Shown piece by piece: positions 27,789 through 38,504 of a stretch of 64,000 bases of DNA. The notes under the pieces were generated by a model. That model did not search any database, was not told the origin of the DNA, and saw only the letters and a program-made list of their open reading frames with translations. The position numbers and the translations under genes were made by a program. The first letter of the stretch is position 1. Every line of letters starts with the position of its first letter. This stretch comes from Vicinamibacterales bacterium (GTDB lineage Bacteria > Acidobacteriota > Vicinamibacteria > Vicinamibacterales > SCN-69-37): positions 201,997 through 265,996 of the forward strand of contig JBBQDM010000003.1 in NCBI GenBank assembly GCA_038319675.1, in the 5' to 3' direction.

Positions 27789-28905
27789 GGCCCTCGCAGG
27801 ACGTCGCGTCGTGCTCGTGCACGACTGGCTCACCGGCATGCGCGGCGGCGAAAAGGTGCTTGAGTCGTTGTGCCGGCTCCTGCCCGACGCCGACCTGCTC
27901 ACGCTCGTGCACACGCCCGGGTCGGTGTCTGCGCTGATCGAACAGCGGCGGATCCGCACCTCCTGGATCCAGCATCTGCCCCTGCCCGCGCGTCTGTACC
28001 GCCACTACCTGCCCTTGTTTCCCCTCGCCATCGAACAGTTCGACCTCGACGATGTGGATGTGGTGATTTCGACGAGTCACTGTGCTGCGAAGGCCGTGGT
28101 GCCCACCGGCCGGGCCGTGCACATCTGCTACAGCCATTCCCCCATGCGCTACGCGTGGGACCAGTTCGAGGCGTATTTCGGGGTGGCGAGGCTGGGTCGG
28201 CTCGGGCATGCCGCTGCGCGACCGGTCATGGCCGCCCTGGCCCGCTGGGATCGCGGCACCGCGCCTCGCGTGGATCGCTTTTTGGCCAACTCCGCGCACG
28301 TTGCGGGCCGGATCACGCGGTACTATAATCGGCAGGCAACCGTCCTGCACCCGCCCGTGGACACGCACTTTTTCACGCCGGGTACAACCGGACCGGGTGC
28401 CTATTTTTTGGTGGTGTCCGCGCTGGTGCCGTACAAACGTCTTGAAACGGCCATTCGCGCAGCCGCCCTGCTGGGAGTCCCATTGACGATCGTCGGAACC
28501 GGTCCTGACGCCGAGCGCCTTCGTGCCCTCGCGGGTCCCGATGTCACTTTTCTGGGCCACGTGTCTCCCGAGGCCCTGCGCGAACTCTACCGCGGCGCCC
28601 GCGCCACCCTCCTGCCCGGCGAAGAAGACTTCGGCATCACGCCGGTGGAAGCGCTGGCGTGTGGACGCCCGGTCATCGCACTCGCGCGCGGCGGCGCCCT
28701 CGAAACGGTGGAACACGGCGTGTCCGGCCTGCTCGTGGACGATGATGACCCGGCCGCGCTTGCTGACGCCATGGCTCGCGTTGATTCGTTGCCACTGTCG
28801 GCCGCCGAGTTTCAGGCGCACGCGGCCCGCTTCAGCGTCGAACGGTTCGAACAGGGGGTCACGGCGCGTGTCACCGAAACACTGCAGACGGCGGGCGCAT
28901 GGTAA
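27781..28905 (+). CDS. glycosyltransferase family 4
   Basis: Internal ATG gives [46 protein letters not shown]. Confidence 0.82.
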   Translation: MREALAGRRVVLVHDWLTGMRGGEKVLESLCRLLPDADLLTLVHTPGSVSALIEQRRIRTSWIQHLPLPARLYRHYLPLFPLAIEQFDLDDVDVVISTSHCAAKAVVPTGRAVHICYSHSPMRYAWDQFEAYFGVARLGRLGHAAARPVMAALARWDRGTAPRVDRFLANSAHVAGRITRYYNRQATVLHPPVDTHFFTPGTTGPGAYFLVVSALVPYKRLETAIRAAALLGVPLTIVGTGPDAERLRALAGPDVTFLGHVSPEALRELYRGARATLLPGEEDFGITPVEALACGRPVIALARGGALETVEHGVSGLLVDDDDPAALADAMARVDSLPLSAAEFQAHAARFSVERFEQGVTARVTETLQTAGAW

Positions 28906-30350
28906 AACGCTTCAGCCGCCTCTTTGTCCTCCTGCACATCCTCGGCGACATCGCCTGCGCGGCCGGCGCGTTTGTCCTCGCCTACCTCATTCGCTTTGAA
29001 ACCGGCCTGATCGAGGTCACCAAGGGACAACCACCGCTCGAGCAGTACCTCGCCGTACTGCCGTTTGTCGCGCTGACGGTGCCCATCGCCTTCCACGTAC
29101 AGCGGTTGTATCGCTTCCGCCGCGGCCGCACCCGCCTCGACGACTTCTTCGCCGTGTTGGTCGGCACCCTGCTGACGGTGCTCGTCGCCGTCGCCGGCAC
29201 GCTCTACGTGCAGACCTATTACCTGCCGATCACACTCAAGGACCAAGGCTACCTGGAAGTCTCCCAGGCGGTGTGGGTGTTGTTCCTCGCGCTCAACGTG
29301 TTGCTGACGTTTGGGATGCGCGAGGCCGTCCGCTCCCAGCTGCGTCGCCGATGGCGTGCCGGCATCGGGCTGCGGCGGGTATTGATCGTCGGCGCCGGAG
29401 AACTCGGACGTCTGGTGGCTGACCGCATCCTCGAACACGGAGAACTCGGCTTCCGGCTCGTCGGCTTCATCGACGACCGCTTCACCACCACCGACGGCAT
29501 TGGATATCGCGGCATGCCGATTCTCGGCTCCCTGGCCGACTCGCCTGATGTGTGTGCACGGGAACACATCGATGAGCTCTACATCGCGTTGCCGCTCGAT
29601 GAACACGTCAAGATGTTGAGCGTCGTCGAGTTCGCCAGCCGTGAAGTCATCGAAGTGCATGTGGTGCCGGACCTGCTGCAGTTCATCGCGCTGCGGTCAC
29701 GGCTTGAGGATCTCGACGGCCTGCCCATCATTTCGATCAACGACGTCCCGCTGCGCGGCTTCAACAGCCTGATCAAACGCGCCGTGGACGTGGCGGTCTC
29801 GCTGCTCGTTGTGCTCGTGGGTGCCATTCCCGGACTGCTGATCGCCCTGGCGATCAAACGCAGTTCCCCCGGTCCCATCTTCTACACCCAGGAACGGATG
29901 GGCCTCGACGGCAAGAGTTTCACGGTCTACAAGTTCCGGTCGATGCCGATCGACGCCGAAGAAGTCACCGGCCCGATCTGGGCGCGCGACGATGACCCGC
30001 GGGCGACACGCATCGGGCGCTGGCTGCGCAAGACCGACGTGGATGAACTGCCGCAGTTCTGGAACGTGCTGGCCGGCGACATGTCGATCGTGGGCCCCCG
30101 CCCCGAACGTCCCTTCTTCGTGGAACAGTTCAAACACCAGATTCCGCAGTACATGCTGCGGCACAAGGTGAAGGCCGGCATCACCGGCTGGGCGCAGATC
30201 AACGGCTGGCGTGGCAACACGTCGCTCGAAAAACGCATCGAATTTGACTTGTATTACATCGAGAACTGGTCGATCGGACTCGACCTCAAGATCATGTGGC
30301 TGACGGTGATGCGTGGACTGCAACGCGCGGCCGTGGAAGGCGGACAGTAA
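28899..30350 (+). CDS. polyprenyl-phosphate glycosyl-1-phosphate transferase (bacterial sugar transferase, EPS priming enzyme)
   Basis: N-terminal TM helices. C-terminal motifs [37 protein letters not shown]. Confidence 0.9.
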   Translation: MVKRFSRLFVLLHILGDIACAAGAFVLAYLIRFETGLIEVTKGQPPLEQYLAVLPFVALTVPIAFHVQRLYRFRRGRTRLDDFFAVLVGTLLTVLVAVAGTLYVQTYYLPITLKDQGYLEVSQAVWVLFLALNVLLTFGMREAVRSQLRRRWRAGIGLRRVLIVGAGELGRLVADRILEHGELGFRLVGFIDDRFTTTDGIGYRGMPILGSLADSPDVCAREHIDELYIALPLDEHVKMLSVVEFASREVIEVHVVPDLLQFIALRSRLEDLDGLPIISINDVPLRGFNSLIKRAVDVAVSLLVVLVGAIPGLLIALAIKRSSPGPIFYTQERMGLDGKSFTVYKFRSMPIDAEEVTGPIWARDDDPRATRIGRWLRKTDVDELPQFWNVLAGDMSIVGPRPERPFFVEQFKHQIPQYMLRHKVKAGITGWAQINGWRGNTSLEKRIEFDLYYIENWSIGLDLKIMWLTVMRGLQRAAVEGGQ

Positions 30351-30351
30351 C

Positions 30352-31281
30352 GTGCGTGTAGTGATCACCGGCGCCGCCGGCTTCATCGGTTCCCACCTGA
30401 GTGAGACGCTGCTCGATGGCGGGCACAGCGTGGTGGGCATCGACAACCTGCTGACCGGGGATCTCAATAACCTCGCACATCTGCGTGACCGCGACTTTCA
30501 GTTCATCCGGCACGACGTCACGCACTTCATCGACGTCTCCGGCCCGGTGGATCTCGTGCTGCACTGGGCCAGCCCGGCCAGTCCCATCGACTATCTTGAA
30601 CTGCCGATCCCCACGCTCAAAGTCGGCGCCCTGGGCACCCACAATGCGCTGGGCCTGGCCAAAGCCAAAGGCGCCCGGTTTGTGATCGCCTCCACCTCGG
30701 AGGTCTACGGTGACCCCCTCGAACATCCGCAGAAGGAAACCTACTGGGGCAATGTGAACCCCATCGGCCCGCGCGGCGTGTACGACGAAGCGAAACGGTT
30801 CGCCGAAGCCATCACGATGGCCTATCACCGGTTTCACGGGCTCGACACGAAGATCATCCGCATCTTCAACACCTATGGCCCGCGCATGCGCATCAACGAC
30901 GGCCGCGCGGTGCCCACCTTCATCGCGCAGGCGCTGCGCAACGAGGACGTCACCATCTTTGGCAGTGGGGATCAGACCCGCAGCTTCTGCTACATCACCG
31001 ATCTGGTGGACGGCATCCTGCGGCTCGCGGCGTCCGACACCAACGACCCGGTCAACGTCGGCAATCCGCACGAAATGTCGATCGAAGACATCGCCCGCAC
31101 GATCATCCGCATGACCGGCTCCAAGAGTCAGCTCGTCTTCAAGCCGCTGCCGACCGACGACCCCAAGGTGCGTCGACCCGACATCACCCGCGCACGAACC
31201 CTCCTCGGCTGGGAGCCCAAGGTTGGCCTCGAAGAGGGACTGACGTCCACCATCGCGTACTTCAAGAACAAGATCGGATAG
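30352..31281 (+). CDS. uxs: UDP-glucuronate decarboxylase (UDP-xylose synthase), SDR family
   Basis: GTG start gives [40 protein letters not shown]. Confidence 0.85.
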   Translation: MRVVITGAAGFIGSHLSETLLDGGHSVVGIDNLLTGDLNNLAHLRDRDFQFIRHDVTHFIDVSGPVDLVLHWASPASPIDYLELPIPTLKVGALGTHNALGLAKAKGARFVIASTSEVYGDPLEHPQKETYWGNVNPIGPRGVYDEAKRFAEAITMAYHRFHGLDTKIIRIFNTYGPRMRINDGRAVPTFIAQALRNEDVTIFGSGDQTRSFCYITDLVDGILRLAASDTNDPVNVGNPHEMSIEDIARTIIRMTGSKSQLVFKPLPTDDPKVRRPDITRARTLLGWEPKVGLEEGLTSTIAYFKNKIG

Positions 31282-31289
31282 AACGACCT

Positions 31290-33839
31290 CTACGCCTGTT
31301 TGCGCTCTGTGAGGCTCGTGCGGGAGCGCAGTGTCTTGATGCCCTGCTCGATGCGTTCGGCCAGCGCACGCTCGGCCTGCAGCGCCTTGAGCGTGCCCTG
31401 GGCGGCCTGCGTCATGTCGTCGAGCTTGGCGAGGTTGACGAGCACATGGTCGAGGACGGCGCGCTGTTCGCCCACCGTCTCCAGATTCACCCGCACATCA
31501 TCGAGCATCGCGGTAATGACGTTGACCTTGAGCTGCACTTCGTCCACCACGCGGCGACGGGCATTGATGTCGGAGAGGCGCTCGTCGGTCGCACGGGCGG
31601 TGGCGAGCAACTCGTCCACACGGGCACGCAGGGTTGAGACGGCCCCACGCTGCACGTCGAGATGTTCGAGATCGGCCTTCGACCGCGCGGCGACTTCGTG
31701 TACGCCATCCACCTCGCGGCGCAGCGCGTCGAGCGCGTCTGCCTGTCCGGTGAGTGACGCCATCCGTGTTTCAACCACGCCCGTCAGCGCTTCGAGATCG
31801 CGCAGGCGGTCCTGGAAAGTACCGATGCGCCGCTCGGCAAACGCGACCTGATCGCGTCGTTCCTCGATCTGCGTAAACGCCTGCTCAAGTTTCGCAATCT
31901 GATGCTCGGCAGTCACCAACTGCCCTGCGACTTCGCGCTGACGGCCCTGCACGGTCGACAGTTCCTGCATGAGCGCATCTTTGATTATCGTGGAGCGCTC
32001 GACGGCAGCATCGAGGCCTTCAACCTGCGTCAGCCGTTCAGACGCTTCACCGGCCAGCCGACGCACCGACTCAAGCATGCCGGCGACGCGTGTTTCTTGC
32101 GCAACAAGCTCACGTTCGTCCCTGAGCGCCGACGCCAGACGCGTCTGCGCACGTTCAACACCCGCTCGCAGGTCGGTCACCTGCGCGGTGATTGGCAGCA
32201 GCGTGGTCTGCGTCTGACTGACGCCTTCGAGTTTCTGCCGGATGTCGGTCACCTGCAGGTTCACACCGTCACACAGGCTGCGCAGTGCCTCGATCTCGGA
32301 CCGCCGGGCGATCTGCTCATCAAGCTTGCGATCAACGTCAGTGGTCATCACGTTAAGTGCATTGAGGCGGCCCTCCACGCGCTCCACGAACTGCTGATAC
32401 CCGGCCAGGCGTGTCATCTGCTTGTCGAGATTGTCGGCAATGGACACCAGATTCGACGCCTTCTGAGTGCCTTCATCCACCGACGACAATTTTTCGCGCA
32501 CGGCGTTGAGCCGCGCATCGAGCTCGGGCATGGTGCCGGCGAAGGCCGTGGCGCGATCCAGGAACGATTCAAGCGTCGCGCGATCGGCTGAGAGCCGGTC
32601 ACGCAGCTGCGCGGCCTCGCCGTGTTCCTTGTAGAAGGCCTGAATGTCTGCGCGCAGGTCTTCCAGATCCTGGCGGGAGCCCTTGAGGCTCTCCATCTGC
32701 CACGCGGTACGTCGCGCCATTTCGTCGAGCCGCGTCAGCTCCGCCTTGATGGTTTCGATCACGGTGACCTTGCGACCAAACTCCTCGGTCGTGGTGGCGA
32801 ATGTCGTCACCTGCCCATCGAGTGCCGTAAGGCGCACCGCCAGTGCCTCGACATCGCGCTCGCGCAGGGCCAACGCCTCGTGCGCCACCGTCAGCCGGGT
32901 CACCGATTCCTGCAGGTTGGCCAGGCGCACCTGTGCGCCGTCCATCTCGCGGCGATCACCGGCGAGTCGGTCTTCATACCGCACCACAAACTGCTGCACG
33001 CGACCCCGGTCTTCATCAAGCCGCACCAGTTCGGCCAGGAACGACTCTTTCTTACGATTCGCGTCGTCGAGCTGCTGGCCTGATTCACGCACCAGACGTT
33101 CGACGCGATCGACCTGTTCCTCAGCCCGCTGCGCCTGCCGTGTGCTCTCCTCGAGCTTGGCCACCTGCACGTCCATCGTGGACACCATTTCGTTGAGGCG
33201 GTGCGCCCCGACGATAGCCTGTTCGACCGTGTGTTTCTGTTGTTCGAGCACCTTGGACTTCTGCGTGACGTGTTCGGCGAGCGCATTCAGCGCTCCGACC
33301 CGCTCATCAAGTGTGCGAGCCACATCCTGCAACCGCGTCAGCCCCGAAAGCTTCTGCTCCACCTCACGCACGGCCGCCGCTGCGGCCTCGGCGTCATCAC
33401 GGGCCTGGCGGGCATTCAACCGGAGCCGCTCTTCATCGGCCACGATGCCGGCGACGGCCTCACGCATCTTGAGCAGGCCCGTGTTGGCTTCAGCTGTCGC
33501 TTCGCGCGCCTCATGCAGTTCAGCAACCGAGCGCTGCACATCCGAGCGCAACAATTCCAGGGCTTCACGCTCTTCCGCGAGGGTGTCGAGGGTGGCACGC
33601 GACTGCAGGGACTGCGCCGCAAGCTGCTGGGTGACCTGACGCTGCTTCTGCGCATCGGCCTCGGCGGCGGTCGCTGCCGTGCGCGTCGCCTCCTCCAAAC
33701 GCCCGATCTCGGCCGTCACCCGTTCGAACATCGCGGTGACTTCGGCCTTCTCGCGGCGGACCTCCAGCAACACAGGGTCCTGGTTGTCGGTCTGGGGGCC
33801 CGGCTTCTGGCCTCCCATCCGTTTGAGTGCTTCCAACAT
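31290..33839 (-). CDS. 849-aa coiled-coil protein of unknown function
   Basis: Single long ORF rich in E/R/A/L/Q/T with heptad-like character throughout. No TM segment, P-loop or other recognisable motif. Confidence 0.75.
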   Translation of the reverse strand: MLEALKRMGGQKPGPQTDNQDPVLLEVRREKAEVTAMFERVTAEIGRLEEATRTAATAAEADAQKQRQVTQQLAAQSLQSRATLDTLAEEREALELLRSDVQRSVAELHEAREATAEANTGLLKMREAVAGIVADEERLRLNARQARDDAEAAAAAVREVEQKLSGLTRLQDVARTLDERVGALNALAEHVTQKSKVLEQQKHTVEQAIVGAHRLNEMVSTMDVQVAKLEESTRQAQRAEEQVDRVERLVRESGQQLDDANRKKESFLAELVRLDEDRGRVQQFVVRYEDRLAGDRREMDGAQVRLANLQESVTRLTVAHEALALRERDVEALAVRLTALDGQVTTFATTTEEFGRKVTVIETIKAELTRLDEMARRTAWQMESLKGSRQDLEDLRADIQAFYKEHGEAAQLRDRLSADRATLESFLDRATAFAGTMPELDARLNAVREKLSSVDEGTQKASNLVSIADNLDKQMTRLAGYQQFVERVEGRLNALNVMTTDVDRKLDEQIARRSEIEALRSLCDGVNLQVTDIRQKLEGVSQTQTTLLPITAQVTDLRAGVERAQTRLASALRDERELVAQETRVAGMLESVRRLAGEASERLTQVEGLDAAVERSTIIKDALMQELSTVQGRQREVAGQLVTAEHQIAKLEQAFTQIEERRDQVAFAERRIGTFQDRLRDLEALTGVVETRMASLTGQADALDALRREVDGVHEVAARSKADLEHLDVQRGAVSTLRARVDELLATARATDERLSDINARRRVVDEVQLKVNVITAMLDDVRVNLETVGEQRAVLDHVLVNLAKLDDMTQAAQGTLKALQAERALAERIEQGIKTLRSRTSLTERKQA

Positions 33840-33863
33840 GATGCAGAGAAGAATAGCCGAATT

Positions 33864-34030
33864 CGTTCATGGTTCCGCGGTTCATGGTTCCTGGTGCCGT
33901 TCGGGGTGCGTGGTGCTGGGTGCCTGGTGCTGGGTTCAGGGTCGGTGCCGAGTTCCCGTGCACTTCGCACCCCGAACCAAGCACCTCAGAACCCAGAACG
34001 GCACCGCGGAACCATGAACCGATGAACCAT
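33864..34030. repeat. palindromic intergenic element with tandem-repeat arms (element E)
   Basis: Left arm GTTCATGGTTCCGCGGTTCATGGTTCCTGGTGCCGTTC mirrors right arm GAACGGCACCGCGGAACCATGAACCGATGAACCAT. Inner inverted repeat GGGGTGCG...CGCACCCC. Confidence 0.8.
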
Positions 34031-34066
34031 TAACCGTCAGGCGAAACACCCTGCCGGGAGGGTCCG

Positions 34067-34615
34067 TCAGCCGCGCATGATGCGGCGGAGGTAGTCGGCG
34101 GCCGAGACGAGTGTGATCGCGGCGGAGGCGTAGATGAGCACATCGAGCATCCACAGCGGGAAGGGGCCGTAGTTGGCGTAGAGGGTCGCGCAGCCGGTGA
34201 CCAGAAAGGTGGCCGTGGCGAGTTTGCCCAGCCATGACGAGGTGAACGTGCGCGGCGCCACCGCGAGGTTGATGATGGCGACCGTGAGCACAATCCCCAC
34301 ATCGCGGCTGATCACCAGCACGGTCAGCCAGATCGGCAACCGGTGCGTTAATCCAAACCCGGGCATGGTGAGGATCACAAACACCGTCAGCAGCAGCAGT
34401 TTGTCGGCCATCGGGTCGAGCCAGGTGCCCAATTGGGTCTGCTGACCCGTCCAGCGCGCGATGAGACCGTCGAGCAGGTCCGTGACGGCGGCAACGATGA
34501 ATGTGAGGAGGGCCCAGCCGGGATGGCCGTACAACATGAAGAGGGCGAACACGGGCACGAGCACCATGCGCGAAATCGTGAGCAGGTTGGCCGGAGTAAA
34601 GACCTCTGACGTCAT
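34067..34615 (-). CDS. pgsA: CDP-diacylglycerol--glycerol-3-phosphate 3-phosphatidyltransferase
   Basis: CDP-alcohol phosphatidyltransferase motif: DLLDGLIARW.....G..LDPMADKLL. Confidence 0.88.
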   Translation of the reverse strand: MTSEVFTPANLLTISRMVLVPVFALFMLYGHPGWALLTFIVAAVTDLLDGLIARWTGQQTQLGTWLDPMADKLLLLTVFVILTMPGFGLTHRLPIWLTVLVISRDVGIVLTVAIINLAVAPRTFTSSWLGKLATATFLVTGCATLYANYGPFPLWMLDVLIYASAAITLVSAADYLRRIMRG

Positions 34616-35985
34616 CGTCGGCCGCCGGCGATTTGTTCAAGTCGAGCGATGGCCGCAATCGCCTCGGCGCCGGTGACCGCACGGCCCGGGCCGAAGCGGT
34701 TGTCATCGCCCGCGCTCATGGCGCCGCTGGCCACCACTGCGGCGATCGCGTTGGCCGCGAGGTGTGCACGCGGCACGTCCACAAGCGTGGGGCGCGCCTC
34801 CCGCCATCGTGCGATGTCGGCCGTCCGGTGGCTGCCCAGCACCTGCATCGCCTGCCACAACACGAGTGCCAGATCGGAGCGGCGCACGACCGCGTTTGGC
34901 TGAAAGGTGTGATTGGGCAGCGGGTCCATGATGCCCGCACGTGTGACAGGCAGGATCCACGCTGCGGCCCAGTGACTGCGCACATCGGTCAGCACGACGG
35001 TGACCCGTCGCGGGGCACGCTCAATGGCGGTCTGCAGACGTGAACCAAGCAACGCCGCCAACTGCCCACGCGTCAACGTCTGCGCCGATGGAATCCCACG
35101 GAATTCGGCAGGCAGCGCGTTGAAGTCTGCACGACTGTTGATCGTCGCCACCCGCTCGCGCCATTCGGAGCGTGGGTCAATCGCGATCGCCCGCTCGAAC
35201 GCCGCCGCCGCTTCGCGCAGCCGTCCGTGGGCCTCAAGCACTTCGCCGAGCACGGCGTGGGCTTCGGGGTCACCTGCATCCAGCGCGATGGCTTCCCGTG
35301 CGTGCTGCTCTGCTTCGTCGAAGGCCCCGCGTGCGGCTTCCACCCGCGCCACTTCGCGCAACACGACGGCACTCTGTGGGGCCATCTCTCGCGCGCGGTC
35401 GAGTGCCGCCTGTGCCTCGTCGAGACGGTTCGCTTGCCGCGCCGTCATGGCGGTGTTCAACTCGGCCTGCACGGCCCGCAGGCGCAACACATCCAACCGA
35501 CTGCGCACATCGTCACGCGCCGGCCCCTCGGGTTCCGTGGTCAGCCACAACTCCAACGCACGAATCGCTCCCACAGGATCGTTGGCTGACAGCGCCGTCT
35601 CCACGCGGCCAGACAGGGCCGGGCGATACGCAGGATTCCGAGCGAGCGCCGCATCAAACGCGCGAGCCGACTCCTCCCACCGCCCTTCGGTGAACGCGAC
35701 GTAGCCCAAGCCCACCTCCGCGGGATAAAACGCAGGGTCAGCCGTGAGTGCCGCCTGATAGTCCCGTGTCGCGCCGCGCAGATCGCCGGACTGAAACCGT
35801 CGCCACGCTGAGTCATGTCGCGCGAGGACGTCCGCCGACGCCGTCACTGGGGCAGGCACCACCAGCGCCGGCACATCCGGATACCGCGGCGCTGAGGGCA
35901 TCGCCGGCGGCAACGGTGCGCCACACGCGGCCACCCCGGCCGCGATCACGATCCCGATGACGGCGCGATGCCACAGTGACGTCAT
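34612..35985 (-). CDS. TPR-repeat lipoprotein
   Basis: Lipobox VAACG. Several TPR-like A..YQ.AL..DP motifs. The C-terminal region is possibly SLH-like. Confidence 0.7.
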   Translation of the reverse strand: MTSLWHRAVIGIVIAAGVAACGAPLPPAMPSAPRYPDVPALVVPAPVTASADVLARHDSAWRRFQSGDLRGATRDYQAALTADPAFYPAEVGLGYVAFTEGRWEESARAFDAALARNPAYRPALSGRVETALSANDPVGAIRALELWLTTEPEGPARDDVRSRLDVLRLRAVQAELNTAMTARQANRLDEAQAALDRAREMAPQSAVVLREVARVEAARGAFDEAEQHAREAIALDAGDPEAHAVLGEVLEAHGRLREAAAAFERAIAIDPRSEWRERVATINSRADFNALPAEFRGIPSAQTLTRGQLAALLGSRLQTAIERAPRRVTVVLTDVRSHWAAAWILPVTRAGIMDPLPNHTFQPNAVVRRSDLALVLWQAMQVLGSHRTADIARWREARPTLVDVPRAHLAANAIAAVVASGAMSAGDDNRFGPGRAVTGAEAIAAIARLEQIAGGRR

Positions 35986-37271
35986 GCTGGAGTTCTCACG
36001 CGGCCCGACCGCTCGAGCCAGCGCCTGGGCACCTCGGCCTCGACGGTGACCTGGTCGCCCATGGAGACCTGGCTGGTGACCTGCCCGTGCCGATGCACGT
36101 CGGCGAGAAACTGGCGGTCAGTCGCATCGGTGTAATCGAGTTCAAAGACGGCCGTCTCGGTATCCATCGCCAGTCGCGACGTCACCAGATCCAGCAGGCC
36201 CCGCAGGCCCTGCTTCTTCGTGGCCGACACACAGACGGCGTTGGCCGACGATGCGGCGAGTCGGTCGCGGTCACGGGGGTCGAGGCGGTCACACTTGTTG
36301 TAGACCTCAAGCGTCGGCACTTCGGCGGCACCGATCTCGGTGAGCACGTCACGCACCGCACGGTCGCGGCGTTCGCGGTCGTCTGCCGACGCATCCACCA
36401 CGTGCAGCAGCAGGTCTGCATCGATCACTTCTTCGAGTGTCGCGCGGAACGCCGCCACCAGTGCGTGTGGCAAACGGTCGATGAATCCGACGGTATCGGC
36501 GATCATGATCTGTTGCCCGTCGGGCAACCGCACCCGCCGCACGAGGGGATCGAGTGTGACGAACAGCGCGTCCGACACCACAGCCTCATCACCTGTGAGC
36601 GCGTTAAACAGCGTCGTCTTGCCCGCGTTGGTGTAACCGACAAGTGCCACCGTCGGCACTTCCCCACGACGCCGACGGGCGCGCAGGTAGCTGCGACGTC
36701 CACTCACTTCGGCGATGTCACGTTTGAGCGCGGCAATCCGGTACCGGATGCGGCGTCGATCCGTTTCGAGTTTGGTTTCACCCGGGCCTCTGGTGCCGAT
36801 GCCACCGCCCAGACGCGACAGCGCCGCACTCGAGCCCACCAGGCGCGGCAGCAGGTACTGCAACTGCGCCAGTTCCACCTGCAGCTTGCCTTCCCGTGTG
36901 CGCGCGCGCAGCGCGAAGATGTCGAGAATCAGCTCGGTGCGGTCGATGACGCGGCGGTCGAAGACTTTTTCCAGATTGCGAGCCTGCGCGGGCGACAACG
37001 TGTGATCGACGACCACGAAGTCGATCTCCGCCTCCTGGCACGCGGCTGCCATCTCCTCGGCCTTGCCCTTGCCAAACAATGTGGCGGGATCAGGCGATGG
37101 ACGCTCCTGCATCGCGCGCAGCGCGACTTCGCCACCGGCAGCCGTCACCAGGCCGGCGAGTTCGTCAAGGGAGCTATCGGGATCAATACCACGCGTCGCG
37201 CGTGTGCTGAGGGTTAACAGCGCCGCACGCTCGACGCCGGACCGGTTCGTCGTGCCGCGGCGAGTACTCAT
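35982..37271 (-). CDS. hflX: GTPase HflX
   Basis: Start at ATG 37271 (MSTRRGT). LIL.IF..RA.T.EGKLQVELAQL, GYTNAGKTTLFN, DTVGF, NKCD. Confidence 0.92.
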   Translation of the reverse strand: MSTRRGTTNRSGVERAALLTLSTRATRGIDPDSSLDELAGLVTAAGGEVALRAMQERPSPDPATLFGKGKAEEMAAACQEAEIDFVVVDHTLSPAQARNLEKVFDRRVIDRTELILDIFALRARTREGKLQVELAQLQYLLPRLVGSSAALSRLGGGIGTRGPGETKLETDRRRIRYRIAALKRDIAEVSGRRSYLRARRRRGEVPTVALVGYTNAGKTTLFNALTGDEAVVSDALFVTLDPLVRRVRLPDGQQIMIADTVGFIDRLPHALVAAFRATLEEVIDADLLLHVVDASADDRERRDRAVRDVLTEIGAAEVPTLEVYNKCDRLDPRDRDRLAASSANAVCVSATKKQGLRGLLDLVTSRLAMDTETAVFELDYTDATDRQFLADVHRHGQVTSQVSMGDQVTVEAEVPRRWLERSGRVRTPA

Positions 37272-37302
37272 GGATGATTCGAGTTTAGCATGCACTTTCC
37301 GC

Positions 37303-38493
37303 TCATCGCATCCTTCGTCGCACGCCCCACGCCACCAGACCGAGTCCGATTGCATCCACCACAAAAATCCCGCGCATGGTCACCGCCCCGAGCAACCCGG
37401 ATAGCACCGGGCTGAGGGCCAATCCTGTCAGCGACGCGGTGGTGAGGTATCCAAATGCCACGCCGCGAGACTCGGCCGGCACCCGCTGCCCTGCCGTCGT
37501 GTAAATCGTGGTGAACGAGACGCCCAGCCCCGCGCCAAAACCCGCCGAGGCGACCAGCAACATCGGCACTGTGGGGCCCCACGCAAACACCAACGCCGAG
37601 ACAGCCGCCACGGTGGTACCAATGGTGACCAAACGACGAGCCGGCATCCGTTGCAGCAGCCATTGGCATGTCTGATTGCCGAGTGCACCTGACGCCGCCG
37701 CCACGCTGAAAATCAGCCCGGTCAGCACAGGCACACGCCCCGACGCGAGCCCAATCTCGCGCAGGTACAGCGGCAGCACCGGTCCAAAGCTGCGGTCCAC
37801 CATCTGCAGGGCGAAGATGGTGCCCAGGAACATCAGGAAGTTCGGCACCGACAGCAGGTCTTTGAGCCGGACAGGTATGCGCGGCGGCGCCGCGGTGCGA
37901 GCCTTCCGCTCTGCGCCTTCGCGGTAGCCGACAAGCACCAGCACAAACGCGCCGAAGAACATGATCGCGGCACCGATGAATGCCATCCGCAATCCCACAG
38001 CCTGCGCGAGTGCGCCGCCAATCACTGGCCCCAGTGCCGGCCCCAGTCGTTGGGCCGTCTGCACCCACCCGATCGCACTCGCCATCTGCGCTTCGGGTGC
38101 CGACTCGGCGGCCATGGTCAACGCCAACATGCCGTAGCCGGCGAAGAATCCCTGCACGCCGCGCAGCGCCACCAGATGCCAGGGCTCGGTGACAAATGCC
38201 ATGGCCGCCATGATGACGACGAAACTGAAGAGGGAGCGGGCGACCATCAGCTTGCGGCCGTACGCTTCCGCGACGCGGGCCCACACCGGTGCCATCAGCG
38301 CAGTGATGGCCGGGGTGATGCCGAGTGCAAGCCCGGCCCAGATAGCGATCAGGCCGGTATCTCGCACACCGAGTTGTTCGAGGTACAGGGGCAGGAACGG
38401 CATCACCAGCGTGAAGCCGGTGAAGCCGATGAATGTGGCAACCGTGACCGCGACGAGATTCCGTCTCCAGTCGGGCGCGCCCTCAGCCGACAT
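37303..38493 (-). CDS. MFS transporter
   Basis: About 12 predicted hydrophobic segments. A motif resembling MFS signature A (GRKLMVARSL) lies after TM2. Confidence 0.85.
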   Translation of the reverse strand: MSAEGAPDWRRNLVAVTVATFIGFTGFTLVMPFLPLYLEQLGVRDTGLIAIWAGLALGITPAITALMAPVWARVAEAYGRKLMVARSLFSFVVIMAAMAFVTEPWHLVALRGVQGFFAGYGMLALTMAAESAPEAQMASAIGWVQTAQRLGPALGPVIGGALAQAVGLRMAFIGAAIMFFGAFVLVLVGYREGAERKARTAAPPRIPVRLKDLLSVPNFLMFLGTIFALQMVDRSFGPVLPLYLREIGLASGRVPVLTGLIFSVAAASGALGNQTCQWLLQRMPARRLVTIGTTVAAVSALVFAWGPTVPMLLVASAGFGAGLGVSFTTIYTTAGQRVPAESRGVAFGYLTTASLTGLALSPVLSGLLGAVTMRGIFVVDAIGLGLVAWGVRRRMR

Positions 38494-38504
38494 GATGCCG
38501 GGCG

